A stretch of 64,000 nt of DNA. Source: an uncultured Alphaproteobacteria bacterium (GTDB taxonomy: Bacteria; Pseudomonadota; Alphaproteobacteria; SHVP01). The stretch is taken from the NCBI GenBank assembly GCA_964350495.1, contig CAYGKG010000004.1, positions 1,900 through 65,899 on the forward strand. Reading direction: 5' to 3'. The notes beneath the pieces are model-generated. The model searched no databases. It was given only the letters and a program-made list of their open reading frames with translations, and had not been told where the DNA came from. Both the position numbers and the translations under genes were made by a program. This document shows positions 62,387 through 64,000 of the stretch, piece by piece; the stretch's first letter is position 1, and each line of letters opens with the position of its first letter.

Positions 62387-62487
62387 GGGTCACCCAACAT
62401 TGTAGGATTTGCGCCTGCCGCCTGTTGCGAAGGCCTTGCCGACACACCTAGTGTATCGGCGTTCCTTCCATTTGCGGTGCTGGAGTC

Positions 62488-62754
62488 ATGGCCAACGTTG
62501 AAATCTATACGACGATGATGTGCGGGTTCTGTGCCCGCGCCAAGAACCTTCTGAACAAGAAATCGATCACGTTCGATGAAGTTGACGTAACCTTCAGCGA
62601 TGCGAAGCGCCAGGAAATGATGGCGCGGGCTGACGGGCGTTACACCGTGCCGCAGATATTCATTAACGGAAAAGGCGTGGGGGGCTGTGACGAGCTTTAC
62701 GCGTTGGAGCGCGAGGGGCGTCTTGACGCCATGCTGGCCGAGCCCTCGGCCTAG
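62488..62754 (+). CDS. grxC: Glutaredoxin 3
   Basis: Active site MCGFC, TVPQIF, and a GG motif (GKGVGGCDEL). Confidence 0.92.
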   Translation: MANVEIYTTMMCGFCARAKNLLNKKSITFDEVDVTFSDAKRQEMMARADGRYTVPQIFINGKGVGGCDELYALEREGRLDAMLAEPSA

Positions 62755-62766
62755 GCGCGCGGTCTC

Positions 62767-63603
62767 ATGAAAATCGCCTGCGTTCAGATCTGCGCGGGCG
62801 ACGATATGGACCGCAATCTCGCGACCGTCACCGAGGCCATCCGCGAGGCAGCGTGCGCGGGTGCCGACTTTATTGCGACCCCGGAAAACGTCGCGCTAAT
62901 GGCGGCCAGCCGGGAGCAGCTTTTGTCCCTGGCCGTCGGCGAGGCAGATCACCCCGCGGTTGCTCGATTCTCCGGAGTGGCTGCGGCGGTCCAACGGTGG
63001 GTGCTGGCCGGTTCGATCGGCGTTGCCACAGGCGATGGCCGGGTCTTCAACCGATCACTGTTGTTTGGGCCGGACGGTCGCGTTGCGGCCCGCTACGACA
63101 AGATTCACATGTTCGACGTTGCGTTGCCTGGCGGTGAGACCTACCAGGAATCGCGGAACTATCGCCCCGGATCCGACGTGGTCATGGCAGATCTCCCGTG
63201 GGGCGCGTTAGGGATGACGATTTGCTACGACATCCGGTTTCCGGAGCTTTACCGAACGCTGGGTCGCCTCAAGGCTCGCTTGATCAGCGTTCCCTCCGCG
63301 TTCACCAAAGTGACGGGCCAGGCCCATTGGGCGGTCCTGTTACGGGCGCGAGCGATCGAGTCCGGGGCTTTCGTTGTGGCTCCGGCTCAGACCGGAAGGC
63401 ATCCGGCCAACCGCGAAACATTCGGTCATTCCATGGTCGTCGGACCGTGGGGCGAGGTTCTGCTCGACGCCGGCGACGCGCCCGGCGTGTATTACGCGGA
63501 CATCGATTTCGCCAAGGTCGATGCTGCCCGGTCTGCCATTCCGGCGTGGTCTACCTTTGCCGATTTTCGGGCTCCGGTTTTCCCTGGGGACGATCGGACT
63601 TAG
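62767..63603 (+). CDS. Carbon-nitrogen hydrolase (Nit/nitrilase-superfamily) protein
   Basis: Catalytic triad context: E in PENV, K in YDKIHMFD, C in GMTICYDIRFPE. Confidence 0.85.
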   Translation: MKIACVQICAGDDMDRNLATVTEAIREAACAGADFIATPENVALMAASREQLLSLAVGEADHPAVARFSGVAAAVQRWVLAGSIGVATGDGRVFNRSLLFGPDGRVAARYDKIHMFDVALPGGETYQESRNYRPGSDVVMADLPWGALGMTICYDIRFPELYRTLGRLKARLISVPSAFTKVTGQAHWAVLLRARAIESGAFVVAPAQTGRHPANRETFGHSMVVGPWGEVLLDAGDAPGVYYADIDFAKVDAARSAIPAWSTFADFRAPVFPGDDRT

Positions 63604-63694
63604 GTCGAGACACGCGTTTAGCGGGCATTGGCCTTGAACTCGAGAATACCCTTCTATATCGAGAGTTGATTGCAGCAAGGATACGTTGTTCGGC

Positions 63695-64000
63695 ATGATC
63701 TCATTCGATCTACGTTGCGCAAATGCCCATGTATTCGAGGCGTGGTTCTCGAACAGCGACGCATATCGACAACAAAGCCAACAGGGTGAGTTGGCTTGCC
63801 CGATCTGCGGCGACACCGATCTCGACAAAGCGCTCATGGCACCTAACGTCAGCACGCGGGCTGTAGTGGGTCCAAATCCCGCTGCCAATGTGGCGCCCTC
63901 GGCTGTGGCCACCACCCGGGCGGCGGAGTTGATGCAAATGGTGCGGGCGCTGCGCGAAGAAGTGGAAAAAAACTTCGACCATGTTGGCGACACGTTCGCT
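63695..64000 (+). CDS. DUF1178-family zinc-ribbon-like protein (5' part; continues beyond window end)
   Basis: MISFDLRCANAHVFEAWFSNSDAYRQQSQQGELACPICGDTDLDKALMAPNVS... The frame is open to the end of the window. Confidence 0.6.
   Translation, partial: MISFDLRCANAHVFEAWFSNSDAYRQQSQQGELACPICGDTDLDKALMAPNVSTRAVVGPNPAANVAPSAVATTRAAELMQMVRALREEVEKNFDHVGDTFA

Overview
This is a 64 kb, high-GC (about 62-64%), densely coding chromosomal segment. Its gene order is typical of an alphaproteobacterium, likely a Rhodospirillales/Rhizobiales-like genome: Suv3-like helicase-terB-fdxA-cdnL, aroK-aroB divergent from xerD, secA, argJ-rimJ-mutT, and comF-grxC-nit-DUF1178. I support about 57 CDS, one tRNA-Arg(CCT), and one cobalamin riboswitch. 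No CRISPR array, rRNA, transposase or integrase is visible.

Much of the window is devoted to vitamin B12. A cobalamin riboswitch precedes btuB-btuF-btuC-btuD-tonB, whose last three gene junctions overlap. A methylmalonyl-CoA mutase gene and its MeaB partner are separated by an unusual 403-aa Trp/Pro repeat protein. The aerobic cobaltochelatase genes cobS and cobT are also present.

Other notable items are listed below in order of interest:
- a class I SAM-methyltransferase fused to a Ddl-like ATP-grasp domain;
- a membrane-fusion protein carrying two canonical EF-hand loops, ahead of an RND pump and an esterase with no outer-membrane channel gene in the window;
- a CdnL/CarD regulator with a roughly 110-aa histone-H1-like Lys/Ala/Pro N-terminal tail;
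- an amidohydrolase translationally coupled to an unknown protein;
- an orphan form-II CoxL-like molybdenum hydroxylase subunit;
- a signalling cluster (REC-EAL, FixJ-like regulator, multi-PAS hybrid kinase, PhyH/EctD-like dioxygenase) abutting the tRNA;
- a 46-aa small transmembrane ORF coupled to a large periplasmic protein and xerD.

All calls rest on reading motifs in the six-frame translations. No database searches were run.
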